Assembly (NCBI RefSeq): GCF_018350175.1
Contig: NC_058373.1
Location: forward strand, 101,124,001-101,188,000
DNA length: 64,000 nt
Direction of reading: 5' to 3'
Origin: Felis catus
Taxonomy: Eukaryota
Shown here: positions 1-13,590 of the stretch, piece after piece
Layout: each line of letters begins with the position of its first letter
Numbering within the stretch: the stretch's first letter is position 1
Position numbers and translations under genes: made by a program
The notes under the pieces: generated by a model
What the model was told of the DNA's origin: nothing
Databases searched by the model: none
What the model saw: only the letters and a program-made list of their open reading frames with translations

Positions 1-2031
1 AAATTTTTATCTGTATCTTTTTTCTCTCTGGAAGTGTTAAAAATTGCCCTAGGAAGTCCATACACTTTCCTTTTTATGTGGTAACTACAATGTCTCAGAT
101 GTTAGAAAGAACAAAAGTGAAGTTGTTGTTGTCTTAGTATGGAAATGAAATTCTAAGACCTTCGCAATATGAAACCTATCAAACAATGAGTCAGCAGGCT
201 TTGCAGATGATATCTTTCCATTGCCTTCACTGGTGATTGAGCCCATTATACACAAGGAGAAAACAAAGGCCCAAGTAAGATAATGGTTTTAGGTAAGAAA
301 TTTACCAGAAATGTTAGTTGAATAAAACCCTACAGAAAATATTCCATTATCAACGTATCTTTTAAGAAAACTGGATTCAAAAAGTTATAATGCTTAAAGG
401 AAAAAAGGACATGTACTTGAAAGTAGACAGTAATTTGATTTTTTTCTACGTCCGTCAGAGGAAATCCTAAAATTAAGTGTGATCGTTTTGTGGAAAAGAA
501 AAAGCTAAGCATGAGCTGAACCTGAAATAAGAAAGCTCTTGGGATGAGAAGCTTCCTTGCCATTCTTACAAACAGTATGTCCCACATCTGCTAAAATAAA
601 TAATTAAAATTCAGTTCAACTTAACAAATTCGTAGTAAGTAGGCCATGCCCAAGGAATTGTGTTAGGTGCTAAGCAAGTGGAAGAAAGAATGCAAAGAAG
701 TTTAAGATTTATTTATTCTCCTCAAGGAACTTATAATCTGTAAGAGTAGTGACTACCTTCCTTCTGCTTTTCTTCTGTCTTCCAGTGAAGAAATGTAATT
801 ACACATAATCAAACCAATTCTGATCAGTTCACAAACCGGAGGTGAAACTTATTGGGTAAAGTCTGAATAAATTGTGTGCTGAACTGGGCGTACTGGATTT
901 TTCTCTAGTTCTCAGATCAAAATCTTTTACAGAGATCAAAACTTTTTAAGTCTTCTAAAATTCTGCTTCCCAATTTCCATCTTTAAGGTGAGACAAATAA
1001 CGTATGCACATCCTTCCTCACATAAAGAAACAGCTAAAAATTTTAAGCTTCCTTTTCAAGTAGAAACTTTAATCAATCTAATGTAACTTAATCATCAATC
1101 AAATTTTAATTGCACACACACACAAAAGAAAGCAAGGAAGACAGATCTAGGCATTCATCAAGTTAATGGATTGCTAAGTACGTCTAGATGGCCTAATAAT
1201 AACTGAATAGCTCTTCTCAGCTTGTAATTCAGCTATTCACGATTAAGCCCTATTATATGAAATTATGTCATCACATATACTCTATTCAGATTTAGAATTT
1301 GTTTTAAGATACTTAGAATTTCACTCTGGTTAAAGAAATGAAAAATACATAACCAAAGCCATCTACTTTTTGAGATGAAATGTGGAATTAAAATTTGAAT
1401 AAAATCCAACTATAACAGCAATCTTGGATCAGAAGTTAAGTTGTAATGACTACTAAGATAAGAAAGGTTAAAAATGTTCTGCGACAACTTATACCCACTT
1501 ACAGAATTACAGACACCATTTAGGAAAAATTTAGCATGAGGCAGTGCAGGGGAGGGCACCAAGTTGGAAGCTATAAGGAATGCCAAAGACTTAAGAAAGA
1601 TTCTTCCTCTCGAGGAGTTTAACCACGTATTTGAGAATGAAAGATACGCAAGTGAGCTGACCAAGGACATCTGTGCAGAATGAAGGTGAGGTGGAGAGGG
1701 GCAAAGAGTCAAGGAAGAGATAATCAGGGGATTCTGTCTTCTGTCCTCCAAGAATGCCAATAAACCTCAAAAACTGGGGACCAGTGGTGGAAGTTTCCTG
1801 GGAATTTGAAAAGAAAAGTGTTCTGAATGTATACGTAGATATGAATTTTCTTTGTGGAATCCTGAAAAAAATTATCATAATAGCAAGTACTCAATAAATG
1901 GGTATTTATTACTGCTATTATTGTTATTAGAAATTATTAGGTTTATACATAGAAGTTATAGAGAGTAACTTCATAAAGCCCCACTAATCTTAATTTGAAT
2001 GGGTAGTTGCTAAAGGTAGAGGTAAGTCAGG

Positions 2032-2162
2032 TAGGGTGACCACATGCCCAAGTTGACTAACACTGTCTGTGTTCACACCCACTGTCCCACCTTCATTATA
2101 ATTGAGCCTTTTTCCATTCTCATAAGTATCCTATTTGGGATGATAAATACCATGGTAACTTA
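2032..2162 (+). mobile_element. MER94-like hAT-Blackjack MITE (degenerate)
   Basis: Begins tagggtgaccacatg and ends gataaataccatggtaactta; about 130 bp, following the recalled MER94 consensus. Confidence 0.65.
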
Positions 2163-3016
2163 CTTCTAGGACAGATTAAGAAATCACCAGTTGGAACCAC
2201 TTTTATCACGACCAGTCAATAGTCTTCCCAAAGCAGCACCATGAGAGAAAGGTCCAAGGGCAAAAGCACACATTCTAGAACACAAACTCAGAAGCAGAGT
2301 CTCTCCTCCTAGGCTCAACTTCTCCCCAGTCCAAGAGTATCCAGAAGAAGGGAACCCAATTCCACCCGTAGTTGAAATGCAGGACAGGCAAAGTTAGATA
2401 TCAAGAGTTGACCCTTGGCACAGCAGGTTTCACCAAGTACAGAGAAGAAACCACACATCCTGGGTCAATCTATGCCTCTGACTTTCTTCTCACTCCTTTA
2501 AATCTATTGAATCACTGAACTGAGATATAAACTTACATTTAGCAGAACCTCAGCTTAAGATACAAGACAAAAACTCAAGAAGCACACCAATAATTGTGAG
2601 GGAATCAAGAAGACCTTACCAGTTGGAGCAAACTGCAACTTTGGATAGCATCTGGTCCTAGAAATATTAACCTCAAAACAATTAACAGTAATATAAAAAT
2701 AAGATATTCTGAACTAAGATTTGAAAATATGTGCAAATAACTCAAGTCAGCTTTAAATAGAATCCGCTTTAGACTCTCAAGGAAAGCCAGGAACCTATGA
2801 AATCTGCAAAATGAGAGATAAGAGGAGATGACAACAGACCGAAATGAAAAAAGAAGAGGGTTAGGAGGCATGGGAAAATATTTGGAAAGCTGCATGAGAC
2901 ATGTAAGACTTTAAATAAACAAAAACAAATTTAGTATTAGCTTTAAAATGAACAGACGTGGCAAAAGTCATAATGAACCCTGTAAAAAGTAAAATCTGAT
3001 GGAGTAAAAAGTAAAA

Positions 3017-3176
3017 CCTCGGTGGCTCAGTCAGTTAAGCAACCAACTCTGGATTTCAGCTCAGGTCACAATCTCACGGTTTGAAATGGGGCTCTGCTTC
3101 CAGCTCTGCACTGATAGCACAGAGCCGAATTGGGATTTTTTCTCTCCCTCTTTCTCTGCTCCTACCCCCTCCTCTC

Positions 3177-3215
<39 letters not shown>

Positions 3216-3229
3216 AAGTTTCTTTAAAA
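3017..3229 (+). mobile_element. CAN-SINE lacking its first few bases, (TAAA)n tail
   Basis: ggtggctcagtcagttaag head, CT-rich body, (taaa)n tail; imperfect TSD aaaatctg(cg)atggag. Confidence 0.9.
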
Positions 3230-3404
3230 AAAATCTGCGATGGAGAATACAGGACTAAGAAGCTCTCTCTGAATGGAAAGAAGAGGGCAAGTTGTTAAAT
3301 CAACAAGAGTGAAGATTGTGGACAGAAAACTGACAAAGGAGATCTAACCAGTGCATAACAAGACAAATGGAACAGATTGAATAACCAAAAAAATAAAAAG
3401 AAGA

Positions 3405-3615
3405 GGGGTGCCTGGGTGGCTCTGTTGGTTAAACATCTGCCTTTGGCTCAGGTCACGATCTCACAGTTCGTGGGTTTGAGCCCCGCATCAGGCTCTCAGC
3501 TGTCAGCACAGAGATGCTTCAGATCCTCTGTCCCCTTTTCTCTCTCCCCCTTCCCCACTCCTACTCTCTGTCTCTCTCAAAAAATAAACATTAAAAAATT
3601 TTTTTAATAAAAAAT
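3405..3615 (+). mobile_element. CAN-SINE (SINEC_Fc type)
   Basis: ggggtgcctgggtggctc head, CT tract, aaaataaacattaaaa tail. Confidence 0.95.
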
Positions 3616-4733
3616 ATAAAAGAAGAAAATTTTACTAGATGAGAAAGGTCTAATTGCCCAAATTACCTTACCATGAATCAGAAAAATTTAATAAAAAGAA
3701 AACAAACCTAGACTTTGGTAAAAATTATGTATTTTAAGGAAAAATAAATAATCCTAACATCATAAATATAGAAAAAAAACTTATCTATAAAAAATTAGGC
3801 CTTTTTGTCGACATTAAATGCTACAAGACCGTGCAGTAGCAACATTGGAAATAAGGGTTCTAACTCAAGATTTACATATAGCAACATAAAGATATTTTCA
3901 GGTTTCTTTTCAGATATATACAAACTTATAATTATACCATTCACATGGTATATTTTTCTTTTGAATTTATACCAAAAAATAAACCAGAGCATCAGAAAAT
4001 ATAAAAATAAGTATCAAATTGACTTCTGGTGACATAGAAAAAGCATTTAGGTATGAAACTAATTTAAGTGATATATGTCCTACTAAAAGCAATATTTTAA
4101 CAATAATTAACATGATCAAATGATTTCAGCCATAAATTTAATCAAACTAAGAGATGGGATAGAGGAGGTTTAAAACAAATAAAAGATATTTTCCCCATCA
4201 TATGTGTATATATGATATATACATATAAACAATCTTGTGTGTCATTTGATTCTTGGTTGTTAAAGTTCAATTCTAGATGAATCAAAATAGGACATAGAAC
4301 TTTAAATGATTAAAAATAAATAAAGTTGGCATGGAAAATACTGAAAACAAAAGAAAATCAAGGGACAGAAAAAAGAAGTAGAAAATAAGGTTATATAAAT
4401 AAGAACGATAGTTATGACAATATGGTTAAACTCTCTTTTAGAAAAGTAACACCCAAAATGGGACAAAATGCCAACTCATAGTTTATAAAGTCTAAAGAGA
4501 AATATACATAGCAGTTTGAGAAATCTGTAGTTAGATGAATAAAGATATACATAGCTACTGCAAACTAAAATATAACAGATCTCAGTATTTATATCAGATG
4601 AATGCAATTCAAATCAAAACACTTTTAAGAGGGCAAATTAGATCATTTTATATTAACAAGGAGTACATTTCTCAATAAGGATATGTCATTAGTATTAATA
4701 CGCTAAATAATACATAAGGAAAAAATAAGAATA

Positions 4734-4960
4734 GGGGTGCCTGGGTGGCTCAGTTGATTAAGCGGCTGACTTCGGCTCAGGTCATGATCTCGTGGTTCAT
4801 GGGTCCGAGCCCCGCATCAGGCTCTGTGCTGACAGTTCAGAGCCTGAAGCCTGCTTCAGATTCTGTGTCTCCCTCTCTCTCTGCCCCTCCCCCAGTCAAG
4901 CTTTGTCTCTCTCTCTCTCTCTTTCCCCCTCTCTCAAAAATAAACAATAAAATTTAAGAA
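4734..4960 (+). mobile_element. CAN-SINE (SINEC_Fc type)
   Basis: Full head with Pol III A/B boxes, CT tract, A-tail; TSD-like aaaaaataa(g/t)aata. Confidence 0.95.
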
Positions 4961-5631
4961 AAAAAAATAATAATACATGTCTGTCTAATGAACATACTTC
5001 TTGATGGATCAAATAGTCAAAAATGAATAAAAATATAAACAATATTAATTATATAATTAAAAAGTTTTCAATAATAAATATTTACCAAGCTCAATATCCC
5101 ATTAACAGAAAATACACTTCATTTTCATGTGTCTAGATAACAAATTTACAAAGAAATCAACCTTAGATTATGTAAAAAGAAAACCTTAATTCCTAAAAGG
5201 AGAAATTATATGTTATATTCTCTGACCACAGTGAAATGGAACCAAAATTATTAACAGTGCATAAACAAATAAAAATGCCCAAACTCTTGTATCTAACCTA
5301 ATATTCTATACCAAGTTTAACTATAGATTGTGAATGAGCGCAAAATAAAGATATTTTCAGATGTATGAGAATACAAGGAAGATCTAAGAGGTTACCCAAG
5401 AACACTGTCCAGAAAACTGAGGGTTAATAAGAAAAGAAATAGCTTGAAATCCAAGGAGACCAATAAAGAGAAATCTTTATGATTTGCCAGACAATGGGCC
5501 TTGAAAGCAATTATTCTAAATTAGAACAGTTGTTTCCAAATAAGCAGGAAATTATAAACCCCAAATATTTTTAGTCAGCCTTGTTTAAAATTACCAAGAA
5601 AATCATATGTCATGAGGCAAAATGGTATTTA

Positions 5632-5862
5632 TTTATTTATTTTTAATGTTTATTTATTTATTTTTAAGAAAGAGAATTTGAGCAGGGGAGGGGTACAGAG
5701 AGAGAGAGAGAGCGAGAGAGAGAGAGAGAGAGAGAGAGAATCCAAAGCAGGCTCCCCACTGTCAGCACAGAGCCCAGTGCAGAGCTCAGACTCAGGAACC
5801 CTTGAGATCATGACCTGAGCCAGAAATCTGACCCTCAGCTGACTGAGCCACCCAGGTGCCCC
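5632..5862 (-). mobile_element. CAN-SINE
   Basis: Reverse head gagccacccaggtgcccc; 18-bp TSD gaggcaaaat(g/c)gtattta at 5614-5631 and 5863-5880. Confidence 0.95.
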
Positions 5863-6872
5863 GAGGCAAAATCGTATTTAAACTAGAACCATGAAGGCAA
5901 AAAAGATTGTTGACGCAACCCTTTGTGTTAAAGATGAAGGAGAAGTTTAAAAAACTGAGATAGAGGAACAAAGAGCCATAGCCAAATGGGTGAAGTTTCT
6001 GTATAATTTAATTTATGCTTATTTGTATCTTGTCATCAAGGAATTTAGTTTTTATCTAGTCTGTTTACCAGGCAGGAATAAGAATTTCCAATAATTTTCA
6101 AATAGTCCTCTCCCATGCCCTAACCTATGACCTTAGGACTGTGTGTTTGTTATTGGAAACAGCACTTAGTAGAATATTTTGTCCTTAAAAATTGAATTTG
6201 CTCACCAATTTTGTGATAATTAATCCACCAACTGTGTCCTGATGGATCTTGTTATAATTCATCTAATTAGTATGTAAACTGCTGATTTGCTTGCACATTA
6301 GGAAACATGTTTTAAGATTTTCTTGGAAGACATTTTGCCAATAAAATAATTTTATAGCAAATTCATTTTAAAATTACAAAACAAAATCTTTCACAGTTCC
6401 AAACAATTTGTTGTTAAGAAGAAAGGAGAAATGGATTCCAAGCAAAAGACAGAATAACTAAGAACCTGGATAATATTAGTGCACAGTGAAGAAAGCATAT
6501 GGTTTTTCTCCCACAAGAAAAAAGAATGACAAGTAGAAATTCTAGGAAAAATACAACTATAAAAGAAATTCCTGGTCCAATTATGAAACAAACTAAATTT
6601 TTTGAACTAATTGTGAACATTCAGTGGAATGCCAAAAAAAAAAAGGCCAAACTTTGGACTTGGGTATTTACTATTTGGTGAGATGGACATAACTTTGGAT
6701 CCATAGACAGGGAAATAAAATACTAGCTCACTCTCTGGCTCCGGGGTAAACAACATTTATGTGGTCATAACATTATGTATAAACAATATAAATCTTAGGT
6801 TCAAATTATAGAATAACTTGATAAAGAATCGTTCCTGAAATGGAGTTACAGATCAAATTTTAAAATGTAAGT

Positions 6873-7092
6873 GGGGCACCTGGGTGGCTCAGTCGGTTAA
6901 GTGTCTGACTCTCAATTTCGGCTCAGGTCATGATCTCATGGTTTCATGAGTTTGAGTCCCATGTCAGGCTCTGTGCTGACATGCAAAGCCTGTTTGGGAC
7001 TCTCCCTCTCTCCCTCTCTTTGGCCCTTCCCTGCTCACGCAGTCTCTGTCTCTTTCAAAATAAATGAGTACACTTAAAAAAATTTTTTTAAA
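6873..7092 (+). mobile_element. CAN-SINE
   Basis: ggggcacctgggtggctcagtcggttaag head, CT tract, AATAAA and A-rich tail. Confidence 0.95.
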
Positions 7093-8280
7093 TAATTGAT
7101 AAGTATGGGGAATGGAAAGAAGAGTAAGGGCTATTACTGTTCCAAAATAAAAGCCAAGAAGCATACATTTAATTATAATGTTTAAAGGTATAATGCAAAC
7201 TGATAAAACAAAAGGAATGATCAAAAATGGACATAAAGTCCTCAGTCTCTCTTATAAGTTCTCCAGCGTCATGACCAGTGACCTTCATTTTCTCTAAGGT
7301 AAAGCCAACTGGTTGATGACCATCCATAGCCACAGAGCTTCCAGTTATACATGGATAACCAAGCATCACCAAAAATGTGAGGAAAATCTGTTACATCAAG
7401 AAGAAAAATTAGGTGTGAACTCTGGAGAAATGGAGGTATATAGATAAGTTAGAGAAATCCAAGTGTAATTAGCATGCTTAGAGTAAAATTAAAAAGTATG
7501 CGAGTAGCAACAATCAGAGAAAATTGAAGACCCTTTAAAGTTTAACAAGGTGAATGCCGAAATAAAATAATTTGAAATTTAAAGATAAAGTTGAATATTA
7601 CCTCCAGAAAGCAGAACTAAAAGATAAAAATGGAGGAAATGTAGGAGGAGTAGGGAGATAAGATAACATTGAAGTCCAATCCAGATATACAGAAAAACAA
7701 TCCTGAAAAAAGAACGAGGAACTCAAAGAAGAAGAATTTATAAAACGAATAATATTCCTTAATTTCTAAGAGTTAAAGGGTGTGTCGTCAAAGTAAGATG
7801 ATTCACCAAGTTCTAAGTAAGATAAAACAAGAAAGATCTACACCTAGGTTTATCACTGGGCATTTTCAAAATACCAAGGTTAAAGACAATATCCAGGAAA
7901 CTTCCAGAAAGAAATGAAAAGATTATGAAAGAAACGAAATGTCTGATGCTAGGAAATTCTCCTTTGAGAAGCACAAGTCGTGCATGACACTTGAAAAAAT
8001 CCAGCAAAAAAATATAACCATCCCATAACATTAGCTCTGTGGCGAACAAACTTATACACAAATAACGTATCTGAAGTTCTAGGTTTTCAGTAAGGCATAG
8101 AAGACAATTATGCTTACAAAGCTGAGTGTAATCATTAGTCTGAACAATTCCAAAGTACAGTAGAGAGAAGTTGGAGGTAGAATGTGGAAGGGTTTGTGCG
8201 GAGGGGAAAGGGATGGATGATAATATCCCATTCCTAAAAATGCGGGATCCAAACATTACTGTCAATAATTGATGGAACAA

Positions 8281-8934
8281 TGGGAATGCAAGCTGGTGCA
8301 GCCACTCTGGAAAACAGTATGGAGGTTCCTCAAAAGCCTAAAAATAGAACTACCCTACAACCCAGCAAGTTTACACTACTAGGCATTTATCCAAGGGATA
8401 CAGGTGTGCTGTTTCGAAGGGACACATGCACCCCCATGTTTAGAGCAACACTATCAACAATAGCCAAAGTGTGGAAAGAGCCCAAATGTCCATCGATAGA
8501 TGAATGGATAAAGAAGGTGTGGTATATATATACAATGGAGTATTACTAGGCAATCAAAAAGAATGCAATCTTGCCATTTGCAACTATGTGGATGGAACTG
8601 GAGGGTATTATGGTAAGTGAAATTAGCCAGTCAGAGAAGGACAAAAATCATATGACTTCATTCATATGAGGACTTTAAGAGACAGAACAGATGAACATAA
8701 GGGAAGGGAAATAACATAAAAACAGGGAGGGGGACAAAACAGAAGAGACTCATAAATATGGAGAACAAACTGAGGGTTACTGGAGGGGTTGTGGGAGGGG
8801 GGATGGGCTAGATGGGTAAGGGGCACTAAGGAATCTACTCCCGAAATCATTGTTGCACTATATGCTAACTAATTTGGATGTAAATGTAAAAATAAATAAA
8901 TAAATAGATAAAATAGACATCCAAAAAATAAATA
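8281..8934 (+). mobile_element. Young 5'-truncated carnivore/feline LINE-1 (ORF2 C-terminus, 3' UTR, A-tail)
   Basis: ORF 8280-8549 reads LLGIYP...CTPMF...AKVWKEPKCPSIDEWIKKVWYIYTMEYY, the L1 ORF2p C-terminus. G-rich 3' UTR. Perfect 17-bp TSD aataattgatggaacaa at 8264-8280 and 8935-8951. Confidence 0.97.
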
Positions 8935-10261
8935 AATAATTGATGGAACAAGAAACACAGACTGAAGTAAAGTAAAGGAATTAAAACTTGTGACATAAGT
9001 CTATTATCAAGAGAGAGAAGGGGAGGATAGGGCTAGTATAAAAGGACTAAATCCATATCTATCATAGCAGGGAGTCAACAGCGAACATCTCATGTTGTTA
9101 AGTCAAGAAACAGACATATACTGTTTACAGTAACAGAAGTAACCATTAAGGAAATTAAAATAATTAAAATAGTTGCTTCTCCAGAGCATGAAAAAAAACA
9201 GGGAACTGTGGCTTATATAGACATTTTTTTAACCAACAGATAATATCCCATCTTGATATATTAAGGGAAGGCGGTATGATAATTATTTAGGTTTAGGGAA
9301 ATACTTAAAAGACTAGGCTGAGTGCTTATTTGCCAGGTGTTAAGACAGGAAAGAACTACTGAAAGGTAATAAGCAGCACAATTCCTGGGTTTCACATAGA
9401 AATGAGAATAATTCCGGCTCTACATGCTAGAAAGGATAGACCTTGTAACACAGGGGCATCAGGGGGGACTCTCAGAAGGCATAATGGGGCTCAATTAGCC
9501 CTCCATTAAAGGCTTCTCTGGACCCAACCTAATAAATCCTCAAGTCTCATAATAATCCAGTTCCAAGTAATTTAGCTATGTGCATAAACAAAATTAAACA
9601 CTGTTAAAGAAATATCACAAATTTCAGCAACCAATAATGAAAATCATTATGTTTGGCATCCAATCAAAAAATTATCATGCATGCAAAAAGTAAGTAAAAT
9701 ATGACTCATAACCAGGAGAGAAATCAATCGGAAAAGACCCAAAAAAGGACGGAAGTTTTCTAACTAAGCTATGGGGATTGAAGAGCTGCTCCATTTGTTC
9801 AAGAAGGTAGAGGGAAGTTTGACATGATGTGAATAAAAATGGGAAATATGGAAAAAAGTAAGATAGAACTTCTACAGATATAAACTACAGTAATCAAGAC
9901 ATTGTGGTATTGGCATGAGAATAAGCATATAGATACGAAGTAGAAAAGGGCCCAGATACATAGATGCTCATGTACCACGTCAACGGATTTTCAACAAAGA
10001 TTTTAGACTATACAATGGGCAAGGGAGAATCATCTCATAAACAGCACTGAAACAATTATATGTAAAAACAACTTTGATGTTTACCACCCACCACACACAA
10101 AAACTAACTTAAATACTTAAATACCAGAAGAAAAAAAAAAAGAAAGAAATTATTTGTGATGTTACAACAGGCAAAGATTTTTTTTGATACAACAGAAAAA
10201 AACACAATCCATAAAAGAAAAAATCAGTAAATAGTAATCAACATGAGAGATTTCTGTTCTT

Positions 10262-10475
10262 GGGACACCTGGGTGGCTCAGCAGGTTAAGCAGACGGCTC
10301 TTGATTGACGCTCAGGTCACGATCTCACTGTTAGTGAGATCAAGCCCCTAGTGGGGTTCTGCACTGGCAGCACGGAGCCTGCTTAGGATTCGCCCTCTCC
10401 CTCTCTCTCTGTCCCTCCCCTGCTCACACTCACTGTCTCTCAAAATAAATAAATACACATTAAAAAAAAAAAAAG
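10262..10475 (+). mobile_element. CAN-SINE
   Basis: gggacacctgggtggctcag head, A-tail, TSD-like agatt(tc/tt)tgttctt. Confidence 0.95.
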
Positions 10476-10551
10476 AAAGATTTTTGTTCTTTGAAAAACA
10501 ATGTTAAGGAAATGAAAAGATAAACCATGGACTAAGAAAAGATATTGGCAA

Positions 10552-10750
10552 GGGGAGCCTGCGTGGCTCAGCTGGTTAAGTGTCTGATTTCAGCCTAGGT
10601 CATGATCTCGTCGTTCCCAGGTTCTAGCCCTGCTCTGAGCCTGGAGCCTGTTTCAGATTCTGTGTCTCCCTCTCTCTCTGCCCCTCCCCCACTCGCACTC
10701 TGTCTCTCTCTCTCTCAAAAATAAAATAAAGCATAAAAAAATTAAACAAA
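10552..10750 (+). mobile_element. CAN-SINE (internal deletion)
   Basis: Perfect 18-bp TSD aagaaaagatattggcaa at 10534-10551 and 10751-10768. Confidence 0.95.
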
Positions 10751-11637
10751 AAGAAAAGATATTGGCAAAACATATGTTAAAATGTATATCAGATTAATAT
10801 CCAGAATATGTGAATAACTCCTATAATTCAGTAATAAGAAAACAACCTAATAAAAACAGGCCTGATAAAAAATTTGAATAACACATCCTTTAAGAGGACA
10901 TAAGGGTGACAAATAGGCACATGAAAAGATGTTCAAAATCATTGGCCATTAATAAAATGCAAATTAAACCATCGGGTACTACCACACACACAACAGAATG
11001 CATAAAATCAAAGTCCAAGTGTTAGCAAAGATGTCGAACACCTGACCTTCTTACGTATTTCTGGCTGGAGTGTCAAATGTAACTTTGGAAAAACATTGGC
11101 AGTTTCTTTTAAAGCTCAACACTCATTTACCATACAACCCAGAAATCTAATGGTAGGTATCTACTCAAGAGAAATGAGAACATATCTGCAAAAGGATTTG
11201 TGCAAGAATATTCATGGGAGGCTTATTCTTAATAGCCAAACACGAGAAACAGTGCAAATGTCCATCTAGAAACAATGCAAATTGTCCATCAACTACTGAA
11301 TGGATAAATAAACTGTTGCATATCTACTTGTTGGGATATTACTCAGCAATAAAAATCAGTAACTACTGATACACACAGCAGCATGGATGAATCTTGAAAT
11401 CCTTATGCAGGGCAAAAGAAACCAGACGCACTAGACTACATACTATATAGTTCCTTCTATGTGAAATTTTGGAACAGAACAAAGAAGAGTGATAGCAGAT
11501 GGGTGGTTGCCAGGGATGGGGGCGGAGGAGGGAAATGATTGCAAAAGCGCACAAGGGAACTTGAGAATCGATTCTACAGAATAAAAGGGAATGCCTCTGG
11601 AAGCAAGCCTGAGAGTCAGTCATAGAACAGAGATTTT

Positions 11638-11863
11638 TGTTTTTCGTTTTTTGTCTTTCTTTTTTAAGTTTATTTTGAGAGAGAGCGATACAGAGAGAAA
11701 GAGCCAGGGAGAGAGAGACAGAGACAGAGGGAGAGAGAGAATCCCAAGCAGGCTTTGCGCTATCAGCCCAGAGCCCCACTTGGGGCTTGAACTCACAAGC
11801 CACAAGATCATGACCTGAGCTGAAATCAAGAGTCAGACACTTAACTGAGCCATCGGGCAACGC
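11638..11863 (-). mobile_element. CAN-SINE
   Basis: Reverse SINE body (gagatcatgacctgagctgaaatcaagagtc-like), T-rich tail, TSD-like tagaaca(g/t)ag. Confidence 0.92.
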
Positions 11864-13419
11864 TAGAACATAGTTTTTATTTTTTAATCACATTAACTTC
11901 TATGCTTTTATTTCCATGGGCATGTACAACATTGGTTTAAAAAACTTTTAAGGGGAAAAAAGATTGAACTTTTACCTGATTTGAACCACATCTTAATGTG
12001 GTTAATATTATTTCTGTTTTATTTCAGGGATCAGTTAAATAAACTTAAGCTGTTACCCAAAAACCCCACAAAAACATAATGTGAGAGTCCCATTCATGTG
12101 TCCATGTACACATGCACATGTACAACCTACCTGCAAAACTCTTTCTGAGTACCCTGAGGTAAGACTGGACAAATGTCGAGATGTGAGGTTACAATAAAAT
12201 CACAATTGAAACAAAAAGCATTTATAATATAATCTTCAAGTTCTAGAAAAAATAAGTATACAGGAATAGTCAAGAAATGCCTTGGTAAATGGTTTCTGCC
12301 TCCCAGGGAAAGGACACTACATACTTTTAAAATTATTCAACTCTCTGTGATTTCATTTGCCCTCATTTGGTGGATTTGTGTCTGTGTTATAGCAATCCCT
12401 ACCTAAGTGATCTTCGTTTACAATAGATTCCTAGGAGGCTATACTGACTTGATACTGAGCAAGAGCCTTCCTATTTTGTACTCTCACTACAACACGCAAT
12501 GTAGATAAACTGCATTTACTTGATGGACTTGGATTTTAAGTGTATCATTTGTGAACTAGATGCCCTCAGAAGGTTGACTTATATATTCTGGAGGATAGAG
12601 GTTGTTTGAACAAACCTAGACGTGCAAATTTGTTTGTCAATATACCCCAAATCTCTTCCAAATAATAGGAGTTCAAGAGCTTATGAATCAACCTGAACAG
12701 CTTGCTGATGATCATTTGACAGACTGTGTGGGAAATTGAGTTTACTTCAAATTTATGAACTGATGGAGCTATTCCTTATAATGATTAACAATGAGTCATA
12801 GAAGAAACCAAGGGTCACTCTAGGCACATGTGCCTAATGTCAGGTGTGGAGAGAGTGAGAACAGTTGTAGAAGAAGGAAAGGTCTCATGACAGTCTGTTA
12901 GCTAATTTTCATTTTTAAAGTGAAGACACAGACTGGAAAAATTTTAGGGCAAACTTAGTACCTAAAACATCTCCAAAATGGGTGCTTTGTGAAAAGCCTG
13001 GGTCACAATCCCCAAAAGATTATTATTAATATAAGAAAGCAATAACTCAGAGGAAGCTGTAATAATATCACAATATGTTTACTTAATTTGGGGACTCAGG
13101 ATAGAATATAAGTGCGGGGAGCATAGTGTGCACACATTGCTCTGATAATTGATGTTTTTACCTGAAAAACACATCATATACACATTCCAAGGCCCAGATG
13201 TGAAACACTTCGAAAAGTATATAAAAAGGAACTGAAGCAAATGTAACGGTAGAGGGTTAAATAGAAAAAAGACACAGACAGGACCAGTCTTCCAAAAGTG
13301 ATTTTGTAATATAGTCAATGTTAATCCCACTTAAAAAGAGTAATTAATAAAATGAATGATATTTAATGGGACTTTTGTCAACAACCATTTTCCCAACAAA
13401 TATCAAATACGCAGAGGCT

Positions 13420-13590
13420 ATACCGAGCTCCTTTCAAAGCATTATTTTGTTCCAACATCACAACAATCCTATGAAAGAGGTATTGTTATTTTCCATGCTT
13501 TATGGGTAAGGAGACCAAACATAGAGCATAAAAACCTGTCCAAGTGCACCTAACCTAATCAGTAGTAGACTTGGGAATCAAACCAAAGTA
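13420..13590 (-). mobile_element. MIR relic
   Basis: cacaacaatcctatgaaagaggtattgttattttcc...cctgtccaag...gggaatcaaacc follows the reverse MIR core. Confidence 0.65.

Larger units (their letters stand above)
2400..5300 (+). mobile_element. Old, highly degraded L1M block (ORF1/early ORF2 remnants) interrupted by SINEs
   Basis: A-rich sequence with L1 ORF2 endonuclease-like remnants (aacagaaaatacacttcattttc, atattctctgaccacagtgaaat); boundaries approximate. Confidence 0.55.
9240..11580 (+). mobile_element. Old L1M block (fragments through ORF2 3' half and 3' UTR) with two nested SINEs
   Basis: L1 ORF2 motifs actacagtaatcaagacattgtggtattggcat, cacatgaaaagatgttcaaaatcatt and gaatggataaataaactgt; boundaries approximate. 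Confidence 0.8.

Noticed and set aside
1540..1683. Protein-looking plus-strand frame (RNAKDLRKILPLEEFNHVFENERYASELTKDICAE)
   Set aside because: No start codon or acceptor, no homolog I recognise, and it overlaps an L2-like relic.
8280..8549. 89-aa ORF as a host gene
   Set aside because: It is the frameshifted C-terminal part of L1 ORF2p in a 5'-truncated element.
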